NCBI RefSeq assembly: GCF_001194135.2
Contig: NC_068995.1
Span: forward strand, 33,669,510 to 33,718,162
Length of the DNA stretch: 48,653 bases
Origin: Octopus bimaculoides
Taxonomy: Eukaryota
Reading direction: 5' to 3'
The number at the start of each line of letters is the position of its first letter. Position 1 is the first letter of the stretch. The notes under the pieces were generated by a model. It ran no database searches and had not been told where the DNA came from. It saw only the letters and a list, made by a program, of their open reading frames with translations. Shown piece by piece: positions 11,075-23,628 of the stretch. The translations under genes and the position numbers were made by a program.

Positions 11075-11870
11075 TCTTTAGTAAATAACGTTATCTTCCT
11101 AACACCCATCCTTGCATCTTCTGACAACAGCACTATTTACTCGCTCTTGTAATTATACAAGAACAGGGGTACACATATTTCACTCCCACCTCCTTTGTGC
11201 TACCTGTTATCACTTTCCTTGGAACCGCTTTCTTTTGTTACCTGCATTTTTATTATCATTCCTTACCACCTATTTTTCACAGAAGGCCCCTTTCACCATC
11301 CCTTTTCCTGCACACCCTTTCATATCTGCCAACGACAGCCACCCCCACTACTTCTGTTTCCACCCATCCATACTTCTGATCTTGTCCCTCTTACAGTGTA
11401 TCCTTCTCAGACAACCCACACATACTTCAGATCATTCTGCACTGTCACCTATCACCTCTATGATACATTCCTACTTCATCCCCAAATTGATATTCACCAC
11501 CCATGCTCACCATTTACTGCATTCACCTCTATTCCCATCTCTATCCATCACTCACTCACCTTTCACACTCTCTCACTGTTTACCCATGTTCCACTTCTCC
11601 CTAATATTCATCTTCTTGTACTGTGAGGGTACATTCTGGCACCTTATTACCATCATCTTTTCTCTTTCGAGCTAGGGTAGCCATGTCTCTCCTCCACTGC
11701 ATGACACCTGTTCTTGTCCCTCTATCTTACTTTGGCTTCTCATCACCTGGCATGAAACCACTCCCTCTTAATATTACACCTAATCAGGGGTCTTCACTTG
11801 CAAATTACTCGGCGACCTCATTACTGCCAGTGGTCACAAATAATGTACCCTGTAAACTTTTGTAATGTAG
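11075..11870 (-). mobile_element. Decayed LINE 3' fragment (RTE-like)
   Basis: Purine-rich minus strand similar to 37320-37600; only degenerate coding traces. Confidence 0.4.
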
Positions 11871-12449
11871 TTGGCATTAGAAAGAGGCATCTAGTCATAG
11901 AAACCATACCAAACTAGATGGTGGAGCATAAGGCAGTCCTCTGATTCATTGAATCCTGTCAAACCATCCTACCTATGTCAGCATGCAAAACAGACACTAA
12001 ACGAAGTTGATGATGATGCACACACACACACATGACAATTATACATGTACAGACCTGATGAGAATAGAGGCTGTAAGGGTAAATACATTGAGCCCATGCA
12101 CACCTAAGAGCTCATAAAAAAATTGAAGTTATTAGCTGATATTAGTTTAGCATTGATCTCAGCCATATAGACCTGTATTGAAGTATCTCAAAAAAATAGA
12201 ACTTGTTCCAACATAATATTTCATGCAAAAAAAAAAAAAAAATTGCCCTTCCAATACATCATTAAATCTGTATATAAAACTGTTGTCTGTCAAACGGCAT
12301 TGACAGCCCACCAATACTACCAGCCTCATGATAAAACTGCCAACTACTACATTAGCCTCAAGTAGAGCAGCTTATTAACTATCATAAAAATTGGACATCA
12401 CTTCCAAACCAAAAATTATTTGATGGTAGCAGTTGATATTAATGGCTCA

Positions 12450-12632
12450 CTAGGCAAAATACTTGGTGGCATTTCACTCGTCTTTATGTTTTGAGTTCAA
12501 ATTCTGCGACGGTCAACTTTACCTTTCATCCATTTGGGGTCAATAAAATAGGTACCAGTTGAGCACTGGGGTCGATGTAATCAACTTCCCCACTTCCCCA
12601 AACTTGCTCTCTTGTAAGAAAATGTGAAACGA
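12450..12632 (+). mobile_element. SINE family 1, partial
   Basis: GAGTTCAAATTC...TTTCATCC...GTACCAGTTGAGCACTGGGGTCGATGTAATC core. Confidence 0.7.
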
Positions 12633-13418
12633 ATATTAATGGGTACCATTCATAATACTATCAGCATGGCCAATACCTAACCCATCCTGTCACAAAGCAT
12701 ATGACAAAAGGTGTCCAACACCTTTAAATGCTTTGAATTAATGGTTCTCAAATTGATAAACACACACACAAAATGTGAGCAAATATTTTTTACCCAACCT
12801 TTTTTAATGAGAATACAAAATAAAGTTTGTATCCATATAATACTTCTTCCTTAGTCATAGTTTTAGACAAGCTGGAAGTGCAATACATATTTAACCATAA
12901 GTAAAATATATGCAGAAACAAAACCTATAATAGTGTCAGTTATGTTTATTGACAAACTCATTGATTCCAGGTCAAATGCTTGTCTAGACAAGTGACATAT
13001 CCTCTTTCACCTGGAGACAAATTTTTTATTTCATTTGTATACTTGTTAAAGCAGAAAACTTTTTTCGTGATGATGATGATGATGATTTTGAGCTAAAATG
13101 GAAGCAAGAATTGTACTACTTTCCTTGATCAGTTTGGATACCACTGAGCAGATACAAATTCACTCCAAAAGCTTTGTAAATTAAAATGCAGAAACAGTGT
13201 TTTCAAAGTATTATCAGTTTTCATATAAATAATTTCTTCTCTTTAACTCTCGCAAAACATCTTTAAAATTAATGATCTGTAGGGACACCATATTTAGTTA
13301 TGCAACCATAATATACTACATAGTACATTAAATGTTTTTATAAGTCAATACTGTGTTAGCAGTGCTATTACATCACTTGATCTCAACAGATTTGCTATAG
13401 AAATTATAGCCAGTACTG

Positions 13419-13570
13419 ATTACCTCTGCCAAGGAAGGAGGTTATGTTTTCATTGATGTTAGTTTGTCCATCTGTGTGCAAAAATAATTCTAAAAGTTGT
13501 GAACAGTATTTGATGAAACTTGCAGGAAAAGTTGGTAATGGCATAAAGAACAGATGATGAAATTTTGAGG
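13419..13570 (+). mobile_element. Non-autonomous element 5' end, possibly Helentron/HINE-like
   Basis: ATTACCTCTGCCAAGG..GGAGGTTATGTTTTC start with a short inverted repeat, recalled from widespread aquatic non-autonomous elements; class uncertain. Confidence 0.35.
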
Positions 13571-13589
13571 GAATTCACAAAGAGATTTC

Positions 13590-13957
13590 ATTACAAAAGG
13601 CTAGAGCACCTGTACCAGGACAATGCACCAGTCCACAATTCCATCCTAGTAACCAACAACTACTTGAAAGAGACAGGCATCAAAAATGTTCCTCACTCTC
13701 CCTACAATCCAGACCTTGCCCCTTGTGACTTTTGGTTGTTTCCCAAGCTGAAGGTGTTGAAGAAGGCTGTGACAAGGGTCTTGAACAATTTTACTTTGAA
13801 GAACTTCCATAAGGCCTTCATAAAGTACTTGGAGTGCTTCAAGTGCATTGAAGTCAGAGGATCCTATTTTGAAGGAGATTAGAGTTTTGTGTTGCTCTGA
13901 AATTAATAAATGTCTCTCCCAACAAAAATCTCAAAACTTCTGGAAGACACCTCGTAA
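13590..13957 (+). mobile_element. mariner (DD34D) transposase C-terminal fragment with right TIR
   Basis: QDNAPVH...PHSPYNPDLAPCDFWLFPKLK; ends ...GAAGACACCTCGTA (mariner-type TIR plus TA). Confidence 0.85.
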
Positions 13958-13984
13958 TTTTCAGGGAAAAGAGAATTTATTGCC

Positions 13985-14411
13985 AGAGAAGCAAAAAGGA
14001 TGCAGAAAGAAATCAAGTTGGACTATTGATTTGCTGTATGTAGGATATTAAATGAGGTAAGAGTAAGAGAGAAGAAATTAACTGTTGGTTGGATAGATTA
14101 CAGGAAGTTTTATGATAATGTTCCACACTGCTGGCTCTTAGAGTGTCCAAGAACACTACAATGATATTGGGGTTGAAAAATTATGTTGTGCTGAATACTA
14201 TCAGCAGCTAGAGATGACCAAAATGTTACTGAAACTGTAGGAGGATTCAAGAAGAAAAGGAAGAACAGAGCAAGCAAATGGAAAGAAATGGAATTACATG
14301 GCCAATTCATACAATAAACTGAGAACATTGGATGTAAAGAATGCTGGCGGATGGAAAACTGAAACAAGACACTGAAGCGCTAATTATAGCTGCTCAGGAA
14401 CAAGATATTAG
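13985..14411 (+). mobile_element. R4/Dong-like LINE fragments
   Basis: WIDYRKFYDNVPH (RT) joined to W.EMELHGQF and LKQDTEALIIAAQEQ. Confidence 0.7.
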
Positions 14412-17400
14412 GATCATTATCATCATCATCATTTAACATCTGCTCTCCATGTTGGCATGGGGTGGATGGTTTGATATGGAGTTGTCCAGACTTCATCTGT
14501 CTCTTGCGGCATGGTTTCTATGGCTGGATGCCCTTCCTAATGCCAACCACTTAACAGAGTGTGCTGGGTGCTGTTTATATGCCACCAGCACAGATGTGCT
14601 TACACAACACCAGCATGGGTGCATTAACACAGCACTGGCATGGGTGCTTTTTAAGTGGCACTGGAAAAAACAAGCCTGTGTGTGGAAGACAGCGATTTTA
14701 CTTAGCTTGATGTGTCTTATCAAGTACAAGTAGCCACTTTTCCCAGACCCTTGTCATTTCCTCAGTGAGGCCCAGCACCCAAAGATCCTTTCTCACCACT
14801 TTCACCGAGGGAGAGGCCCTTAATTACCAATGAAGTTAGAAGCTCTCTGAACTTTGCCCAGCCTGTTCTTATCTTAGCAACTACACTTTCAGAACTCCCT
14901 CCCCCACTTTGTACCCTAGGTAACAGAAGCTATCTACTACTTCTAATGATTCACCTGAGCATTTGAGGGAGCCTATTGTCTCTGTATTTTTAGTGCTTAT
15001 TGTAGCTGCACATTTTCCACACACAAAGACTATATTCTCCGTTAACCTTCCTTTGATAGCACTGCACCTCTTATGTGTCCAAAGCTTGCACTGGGTATAA
15101 CATATCGAGCTTCTACCAACACCCTTCTTACATATTGAGCAGGGCCATCTTCCAGAAGGAATTTGTGATTTGTCTGTTTTCTTACTTACTAGGACTTTTG
15201 TTTTTGCTAAATTAACCCCAAGGCCCTTAGACTCCAGACCTTGTTTCCACACCTGAAATTTCTTCTCAAGGTCAGGAGGTGATTCAGCTACAAGAACAAG
15301 GTCATCAGTGTAGAGGAGCTCTTGGGGACAGCCAGTCTTGAATTCCTCTATTAAGGCCTGGAGGACTAAGATAAACACGAGGAGGCTGAGAACTGAGTGT
15401 TGATGAACGCCTACCTGTACACTGAATTCATTGCTATATATCTTTGCCAATCTTCACCTTACTGACAGCATCCCTGTATATGGCTTGTACCACTCATCTA
15501 TCTCTAGCTTCCGTATTAACCACCAGATAAGGGAGCCGGGGACCTTGTCAAAGGCTTTTTCCATGTCAACAAAAGCCAGGTACAGAGGTTTATTTTTGGC
15601 TAAATATTTCTCCTGTAGTTGCCTAACCAGGAATATAGCATTAGTGATGCTCCTGCCTGGCACAAATCTGAACTGCATCTCATTTACACTAAATCACTTC
15701 CTAATTAATTGAGCTATGACCCTTTCTGTGACTTTCATTACCTGGTCCAGCAATCTGATGCCTCTGTAATTATTTCTGTCCAAGGTGTCACCTTTGCCTT
15801 TGTAGCAGTTGACTATAATGCACTACACCAATCATTGGGTATGACTCCCTCGTGGACAACCTGATTAATTATACGGGTGACCAGGCTATATCCAACTCTG
15901 CCAGATATTTTAAGCATCTCAGTAGTGATTCCTGATGGGCTAGGGGCTTTCTCTGGCTTGATATCTTTAATTGCTTTATCTACCAAGCTACTGTCAATTC
16001 AGATAGCTGGTCCCTCAGTTGGGTCAACATTTGGTATACTCTCCTTCTCCCATTCATTCTCCGCATTTAGAAGCCTTTTATAATGGCGTTTCCAAGCCTC
16101 TTTCTTTGCAGAATCGTTGAATGCAAGTGAACCATTATCCATATGGACACATTTCTTATGACATCACAATTTTCTCTCACACACTGAAACACTTCAAGTC
16201 TCTGGTCCTTATGTCACAGAACTTCTTTTCTGCTTTTCCCCTGGCTAAATATACCAGTCTCCTGACTATCTGATACAGTTTCCTACTACCACTACAGTTC
16301 CAGTCCTTCCAGGCCCGTTTCTTTACTCTAATGGCCCTGTCAATTACACTGTTCCACCACCAAGTCACCTTAAGCTGAGAAGGGACTTTGCACCAACCAC
16401 AGATTTGGTCAGTAGCCCTCAGCAAGTTGTTCTGTTGGAACCTCCAATTGTCCTCCACTTATATGTCAATATATCCTCCTTTTTTGACAAATGTTTCAAG
16501 TAACACATCTCTAAATCTCTGTCTATTCAAAGGATCCTTAAGCTTCCAGATCTTTCTTTTCCACACTGGTTGTCTTCTAGACAGCCATTTAGCCCTAATC
16601 CTGAAGTTGCTAACAACTAACCTATGTTGGGGATTGCATTCTTCACCTGAGAAAGTTTTGGCATTTATAAGCAGCCATGTTACCCATTTTCTGGTGAGAA
16701 TGTAGTCAATCTGACTAGTGTGCCCACCGGATTGATAGGTGAATAGGTGACTGGTAGGTTTTCTGAGATTAGTATTGCGGATCACAACATCATTTGCATC
16801 ACAGAACTCCAGCAGTCTAGTTCCCTCCTCATTACGTGAACCAAATCTGTTGCCACCATGCACGCCATGGAAGCCACACAGATGTTGTCCAACATGCCCA
16901 TTAAAGTCACCAGCCACGATGAGAAGGTCCCTGACATTTGTCAATGAGGCAGTCTGCAAAAGGGTGACATAAAATTGGTCTTTCTATTCATCAGGTAGTC
17001 CTTGATTACCCTATCAACCCATTTCTCAGCAAGAAGTATGCCTGTGTCCCCAGCTCCATCACTGTTCCCTATCCAGATTTTATACCTATGCTCTTTACCT
17101 GTGAGGAACCTAACAGAACCTCGTTTCCACCCTACTTTTTGGATGCAACAAATCTACACGCTTCCATTTAAGTATCTCAACAATCTCACCAGGTCTACCT
17201 TTTAACATGCCCACATTAAGTGTGCCAACTCTAAGGGTGTGGACGGTGTGGGCCATGGAGACACAGCGATGGGGGGCAGCATCTTGCATTTGAAAAGAAA
17301 GCTTGCATATATGTTTGGCAGACAAATAGTAGAAGGACAAATAGGTTTTAACCTGCATTTACTTCACCATCATTTTATTCACTGCACATTTGCTACGTTT

Positions 17401-17450
17401 ATCAGGAGATAGCCACTAGATAGAGACGGAAGTGGGGGAGAGAGCATTGC
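14412..17450 (-). mobile_element. RTE-clade LINE, near full length, degenerate
   Basis: EN motifs VGTLNVG, VAGDFNGHVG, SQIDYIL; RT motifs QFRFVPGRS, FVDMEKAFDKV, VGVHQHSVLS, LLYTDDLVL; 3' UTR ending in a (GAT)n tail. Confidence 0.92.
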
Positions 17451-17466
17451 ATACAGGTATCTGATA

Positions 17467-17567
17467 GAGGTATTAGGAGAAAGACTTCGAGTTGAGGTAC
17501 TAGAAGAAAGACTTCTGGTAGAGGTTCAAGGAGAAAGACTTCTGGTAGAGGTTCGAGGAGACAAAAC
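17467..17567. repeat. 27-bp minisatellite, about 3.7 units
   Basis: GAGGT...AGGAGAAAGACTTCTGGTA units; they produce the LLEPLPEVF repeat in the ORF track. Confidence 0.85.
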
Positions 17568-17699
17568 TTAGTCAGACCATAAATGAAGAATATGCAGGAA
17601 AATGAGACAAAAATATCAATCATTTCTTGAGTAAGAGCAGTAAGCTAGCAAAAAAAATGAGTTTAAGCACAGGCATGACTGCATAGGTAAAAGAGAGCA

Positions 17700-18095
17700 A
17701 TGGGATGTTAGCCAAGGCTTCGAAATAACAGGAAAGTGGCATGAACACAAACCAGTGGCTGTGACAAAGAATGAGAATTACAGGATCTTACAAGACTTCC
17801 CAATAAATAGTGTACGATCAAAGACTTTGCAATTCTCTATGATAACAGAGTCAATACCAAAGAAATTTTTAAAAAAATTGAGAAATATCAGGATGTAGCC
17901 AGAAAGCTGAAGAGACTGTGGAAGACTAAGGTGACAATTATTCATGTGGTAATTGTGGTAACTGATTCACTTGGCACAACAACCAAAATGCTACCTAAAA
18001 GAGTGAAAAATATTGGAATCAAGACTGACATTGTCAATCTGCAGAAAAGTACCATCCTATATTGTACAAGAATCCTAAAAAAGATTCTTGTGATT
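17700..18095 (+). mobile_element. R4/Dong-like LINE 3' end
   Basis: WHEHKP...EKYQDVARKLKRLWKTKVTII...LGT...LQKSTIL...RILKKIL*. Confidence 0.7.
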
Positions 18096-18899
18096 TGAAG
18101 AGACTTGTCACCAAACTTCAAGATAATATTCTGGCTAATTAAATTACTATGTACTAGCTTCTTGTTGTTGAGGATGATGTTGTTGTTGTTGTTGCAGTAG
18201 CAGCAGCAGTAGTAATAGTAGTAGTCGTCGTCAATGAATTAAACAGAAAGTTAATTCAGAACAAATCAATTCCATAAAATTTTTATTTAAGCAACCCATT
18301 TTTTAGAACTCATCTAATTAGAAAAAAAAAGACTCCACGTAAAATTTATTTTCTATTATCACAACAAAATTGCATGAGATAATTTTGAATTATTTTCTTT
18401 TATATATGAAAACATACACAAGCTGGTTTATGTCACAACATGTTAAATAGCCTGTATTACAGTAACAAAAATTCATATTTTTTTCACATTTATTATAATA
18501 AACATAAAATTAATAAGCTTAAATGCATTTTGAATTTAAAAAGTAGTTTCGATTTTAATTTACAGATATACACATCTCAACAGTATAGTATCCAATAAAT
18601 GATGAAAATGTCTATTACATGTTAACATAACATCTTTTGTTCACAAAACAACCCACAAGACAAGTGAAAGATGAAAGGAAACATTTAATATACTACAAAA
18701 AAGTAAGTGAACATCAATGTGTTTGTGTGTGTGTGTGTGTGTGTTTGTGTGTCATATAGGTCATAAACCATATTACAGAGATGAAAATTAAATATAAATG
18801 AAATTTTGTTTTTTGAATTTGTAAAATAAATCAAAAACAAATATATTTATCAAATGTACTCAAGATATAGTATTTACACACACATATATATACATATAT

Positions 18900-18999
18900 N
18901 NNNNNNNNNNNNNNNNNNNNNNNNNNNNNNNNNNNNNNNNNNNNNNNNNNNNNNNNNNNNNNNNNNNNNNNNNNNNNNNNNNNNNNNNNNNNNNNNNNN
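18900..18999. other. Assembly gap (100 N) flanked by a TA/CA microsatellite
   Basis: N run. Confidence 1.
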
Positions 19000-19014
19000 T
19001 TTCATACACAATAA

Positions 19015-19118
19015 TTTATTCAAATTATGAAATAAATAGTAAAGATTTGAAAATATATTTAATATAGATTAGATTCAGCTATATTCAATTTGACTAACGT
19101 TAAATTTTGTACTTTATT
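19015..19118 (-). terminator. Candidate polyadenylation signals for the IAP 3' UTR
   Basis: AATAAA on the minus strand at 19113-19118 and 19015-19020, 430-530 nt after the stop. The region is AT-rich, so chance matches are likely. Confidence 0.25.
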
Positions 19119-19549
19119 TTCTAATCATAATAAAAATTTCAAGAAATATCATTTGGAAAAAAACATTTAATGTGAATAAAACAAAAAATTACAAGATTTA
19201 GTGGACCAATGTTATACTTATGTAACAGCAACTTTTACGTTAAATTATATCTGAAGTCATTTTTTAATATCATTTTTTGTAAAAAGGTAGGTTCAAGAAG
19301 ATCAGACATATACCTCTAATTATTTTAGGGGAAGTTAAAAATCTCAGAATATTCTGTGGATTGATAAAAGTAAATAACATTCCTTTGAACAAAGTCATAA
19401 GCAAAGAAACAGGTGGATTAACAAAAAACGAGAAGATGCAATTTTATATCCATAATCATTGTTTAAGTGTATATTCAAGGATTATGTCAGTTCATCAAAA
19501 TTTACATGTCAGTGTTGAAATTGCTATTTAGCATAGAGACATGCTTTTT

Positions 19550-19704
19550 TCAGAAAGTAACATCAGCCATACATGACGGACAAACCTTAAACTTTTCTTT
19601 ACAATATACACAGCAGTTAAAATGTTCACACGGATGTGCATAAAATTTACCTTCCATTTTAAGGCACACTTTACATAATTTGATGAAATTTGCTTCATAT
19701 GGAC
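19550..19704 (-). CDS. IAP terminal exon: C3HC4 RING finger and stop
   Basis: Acceptor ttccctttcttttttag|GT CCA TAT; translation PYEANFIKLCKVCLKMEGKFYAHPCEHFNCCVYCKEKFKVCPSCMADVTF* has IAP-RING ligand spacing (C-x2-C-x11-C-x-H-x3-C-x2-C-x6-C-x2-C). Absent from the ORF track. Confidence 0.9.
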
Positions 19705-19905
19705 CTAAAAAAGAAAGGGAAAATACAGTCTTTTTAGCTTAAAACTATAAAATATTACCTTAATTTTCTGTTTTTCTTTTATTTACTGTAAATGACTAAA
19801 ATTCAGATAAGTAACTACTGCCTTACTTACCTGATGAGGCTATTAGGATATATTGCAAGTAATTACAGTGCTTATGCAGTGAGTAAAGAGCAGAGAGAAA
19901 CTTAC

Positions 19906-20007
19906 TTTTAACAGTTGGGTTGCTCATTCTTTCTGAAGCAGCTTCCTCAGCTCCTGGAAGCGTATGAATGAAACAAAATAGTTCTTCTGCGTTAGCATAT
20001 TCTCTCT
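19906..20007 (-). CDS. IAP exon 6, UBA-like helix (EREYANAEELFCFIHTLP...); alternative in-frame donor at 19831
   Basis: Acceptor ttctttccattgctttcag|AG AGA GAA TAT; donor AAA A|gtaagt at 19906 and a second donor TCA G|gtaagt at 19831, both phase 1. The Y.n.eeL motif resembles the last helix of IAP UBA domains (inference). Confidence 0.72.
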
Positions 20008-20117
20008 CTGAAAGCAATGGAAAGAAGAAAACAACATAATTGGCAATGAAATTAATGTCGAGACAGGCACAAAGCTTACATATCAGTAGGTTGTCTATCT
20101 AGTTGTGTATGTGTGAT

Positions 20118-20320
20118 CATCATCATCATCATCATTTAATGTCCGTTTTCCATGGGTTGGACATTTTAGCAGTAGGTGGCCAGCCGAAGAGCTACATGGG
20201 CTCCATCTCTGTTTTGGTATGGTTTCTATGGCTGGATACCCTTCCTAATGCCAACCACTTTACAAAGTGTCCTTTTATGCAGCACTGGCACAAGTGCTTC
20301 TTATGTGGCACCAGCACACA
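20118..20320 (-). mobile_element. RTE 3'-UTR/tail repeat
   Basis: (CAT)n-GTTTAATGTCCG...CTGGATACCCTTCCTAATGCCAACCAC, as at 14418-14600, 28675-28865 and 37628-38140. Confidence 0.75.
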
Positions 20321-20829
20321 TACATATAGATATATACATGCACACACACAATAAAAGTGTAAACAAGAGAGAGTGGATTGAGCAAAATATGCTTCTTGCA
20401 TAATACTACAATTGTTTCATCTTCACTTTACCAGCAGATACTTGCTGAAATATTATTATATAATATATTAAATATATTACATTGCATCCGTATTATTTCA
20501 GCAATATTGGCAAATGGACAGATATGGTGTTTTCACCCCTTTTACCATAAGAGAGAATTTTTTCTTCCCTGACAACTGCAGTGAATTTGACTTTCGAAGT
20601 TGAAGCATGTCACAAGTATATTTTAACTAAGCTAAAGTTCACTTATGCCAAAACTGCTTGTTTCCAAGCCAGCAGTCTAACACTGCAGATCAGTCAATAT
20701 TGTTAACATTATTTTAGTTAAAGCTATGGTTTTAAATCTGTCCAGAGTTACCTCTCTTTGGCATTTCTTATTGATAACAGCTAAAGAGCTAGAAACACAG
20801 AGTCTGGGAATCTGACAGGGGGGCAGTAC

Positions 20830-22260
20830 TAGACAGATATGGTGTTTTTACACACATATATACATATCAAACTGCTGGACCAGGAGATGAAAGTTGCAGA
20901 GAGAATCATAGATCAACTAATTAGGAAGAGAGTCAACCTAGATGAGATGCAGTTTAGTTTTGCACCAGGGAGAAGCACAACTGATGCTATCTTCCTAATA
21001 AAGCAACTGCAGGAGAAGCATTTGGCAAAAAATAACCTTTGTACTTAGCTTTTGTCGACATGGGAAAAGCCTTTGACAGAGTTCACCATTCTTTTATCTG
21101 GTGGTCATTGCAGAAGCTAGGGATAGATGAGGGATTGGTGAGAACTATACAAGGTATGTACAGGAATGTTGTCAGTAAAGTAAAAGTCAGCACTGAGTAT
21201 AGCAATGAATTAAGTGTACAGGTAGGAGTTCACCAAGCATTGGTTCTCAGACTTCTCTTGTTTATCATTGTCCTCCAGGCCATAACAGATGAATTTAAGC
21301 CTAGTTGCCCTCAGAAGCTCTTCTATGCTAATGACCTTGTTCTTATAGCTGAATCTCTACTAGAATTAGAGAAGAAATTTCAGGTGTCAAAGCACAGTCT
21401 GGAATTAAAGGGCCTTAGAGTTAATTTAGTGAAAACCAAAGTCCAAGTAAGTAGGAAAGCAGATAAATTCCTAATCCCTTTAGAGAGATGGATCTGTTCA
21501 ATATGCAGAAAAGGTGAAGGTAGAAATTCCATAGTGTATCCAATGTAAGCTATGGACATAGAAGACGTGCAGCAGTATCACGGGAAGGTTAACAGAGAAA
21601 GTAGTCTATGTGTATGACAGGTATATTAAACACAAAGAATGTACAAGAAATAGACTTCCTCAAATGTCTGACAGGATCCTTGAAAGTAGTAGATAGCTTC
21701 TGTTACTTAGATAATCACGACGATCAAGATAGCAGTGGAGGAGGATGCTCTGAAAGTGTAGTTGCTAGGATATGAATGACCTGAGCAAAGTTCAGAGAGC
21801 TACCTTTGTTGGTAACAAAGGGCCTCTCCATCAGAGTTAAAAGCAGATTGTATGATGCCAGTGTATGGACAGCTATGCTACATGGCAGCAAAGCATGGGC
21901 TGTGACTGCAGAGGACATGTGAAGGCTTGAAAGAAATGAAGCCAGGATGCTCCACTGGATGAGTAATGTCAGTGTGCATGTACAATATAGTGTAAATGTT
22001 TTAAGAGAAAAATTGTGTGTAAGAGGCATCAGATGTAATATGCAAGAAAGAAGACTACACTGCTATGGTCATGTGATGTGTATGGATGAGGACAGCTGCA
22101 TAAAGAAGTGGTAATCTCTAATTGTGGAAGGAACCTGTGGAAGAAGTAGACCTAAGAAGGTGTGGGACAAAATGGTGAGAAATGATCTTCAGATGTTGTG
22201 CCTCACAGAGGATGTGACAAGGGACCAAGACCAATGGTGATTTGCAGTGCTTGAGAAGAT
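20830..22260 (+). mobile_element. RTE-clade LINE RT and 3' coding end, degenerate
   Basis: QFSFAPGRSTTDAIF, FVDMGKAFDRV, VGVHQ, FYANDLVL, and an RLH.YGHV-type C-terminus. Confidence 0.9.
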
Positions 22261-22738
22261 ACATCAAGGACAGGCCTGTATGTATGGCTGGCCATCCATA
22301 CATACAGGCATGTCCTTTATGGCCATAGCCCCTCACATGCATACACTAATCTGTACTCAGTCAAAACTTTTCCACAACCCATCTTCCCAACACCCACTCT
22401 CCCTCCTGTGTATCTACACACTTTTCATACCCTCACATATCTACCATACCCCACTCTCACAACCACTCCAATTTCTCTCACCATCATTTGCTACATTAAT
22501 CTCTTCCCCATCTCTAAACATCAACCCACACACTTTTATGAAACATTGCTCTCTATCTCCTCTGGATCACTTATATTATTGACTGTTTCCTGTGAGCAGG
22601 TTTCAATAGATCTCTGTGAGCAGGTTTCAACACACCAAACCAGTTATCAAGCAGTGGTGGTGGACAAACACAGACACAAAGACACACACACATTTCATCA
22701 GACCAATCATGAATGAACAATTTGAGATGTTGAAATAC

Positions 22739-22792
22739 CTATTTCATCAGACAAAACTTGATTGGTTGATTTAAGATGATGAAATATTGCAT
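22739..22792 (-). CDS. IAP candidate short exon 5 (54 nt, DAIFHHLKSTNQVLSDEI)
   Basis: catagttcag|AT GCA ATA...GAA ATA G|gtattt; phase 1-1, open frame. Moderate splice sites. Confidence 0.45.
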   Translation of the reverse strand: MQYFIILNQPIKFCLMK

Positions 22793-23047
22793 CTGAACTA
22801 TGCAGCAATGAATAATGTAGTTTATTTTAAATGTATGTTTCTATGATGTAAATGAAATACATGCATACATGTCATGAATTGGAAGTTCTATATAATGCAT
22901 GAGCTAAAACCCCCAAAATTTCTCATCTTGAAAACTGTACGTGAAGTCAAAAAACTAATTGTATATTTGAAATCAGCATTAAAAACTACACTATGTACAC
23001 CTTGACATTTGCTTGATGACCAGTGTTATTGTTATTATTATTGTTAA

Positions 23048-23478
23048 GGTGGTAAGCTGGCAGAATCATTAGCATACTGGGCAAAATGCTTAATGGCATT
23101 TCATCTGTCTTTATGTTCTGAGTTCTAATTCCACTGAGGTCAACTTTGCCTTTCATCCTTTCGGGGTTGAAAAATTAAGTACCAGTGAAACACTGGGATC
23201 AATGTAATCAACTTATCCCCTCCCCACAAATTTCAGGCTTTGTGTATTCAGTAGAAAGTATTATTATTATTAGTAGCTGGCACAATTGCTAGCATTCCAG
23301 GCAAAATGCTTAGTGGCATTTTGTTAATATTTATGTTCTGAGTTCAAATCCCATCAAGGACAAATTTTCTTTCATCCCTTTGGGGATCAATTAAATAAGT
23401 ACCATTTGAAATCTGGGGTCAATGTAATCAAATTACCCCTCCCCCAAAATTGCTGGCCTTGTGCCAAAGTTTGAAACC
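23048..23478 (+). mobile_element. Two head-to-tail SINE family 1 copies
   Basis: Two full heads and cores separated by (ATT)n. Confidence 0.8.
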
Positions 23479-23589
23479 ATAATTATTATTATATATACAA
23501 ACCTATACCGTCCATTTTAAGCTTGAAATATGCATAATCAATGAATACTTGTGGATAGCCTTGTTGTTGTAGAGTTCTGATAATAATAC

Positions 23590-23628
23590 CATTTCGTGTT
23601 AAGTGGGTAGCAGAAACCTCTTCTGTCG
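23590..23628 (-). CDS. IAP candidate microexon 4 (39 nt, ATEEVSATHLTRN)
   Basis: Strong acceptor tcttttcttatccttacag|CG ACA GAA...AAT G|gtatta; phase 1-1, open frame, in non-repeat sequence. Confidence 0.55.

Noticed and set aside
20752-20780. 29-nt exon candidate (AVINKKCQRE-like)
   Set aside because: It ends in phase 0 while exon 6 needs phase 1, and the phase-compatible frame has a stop.
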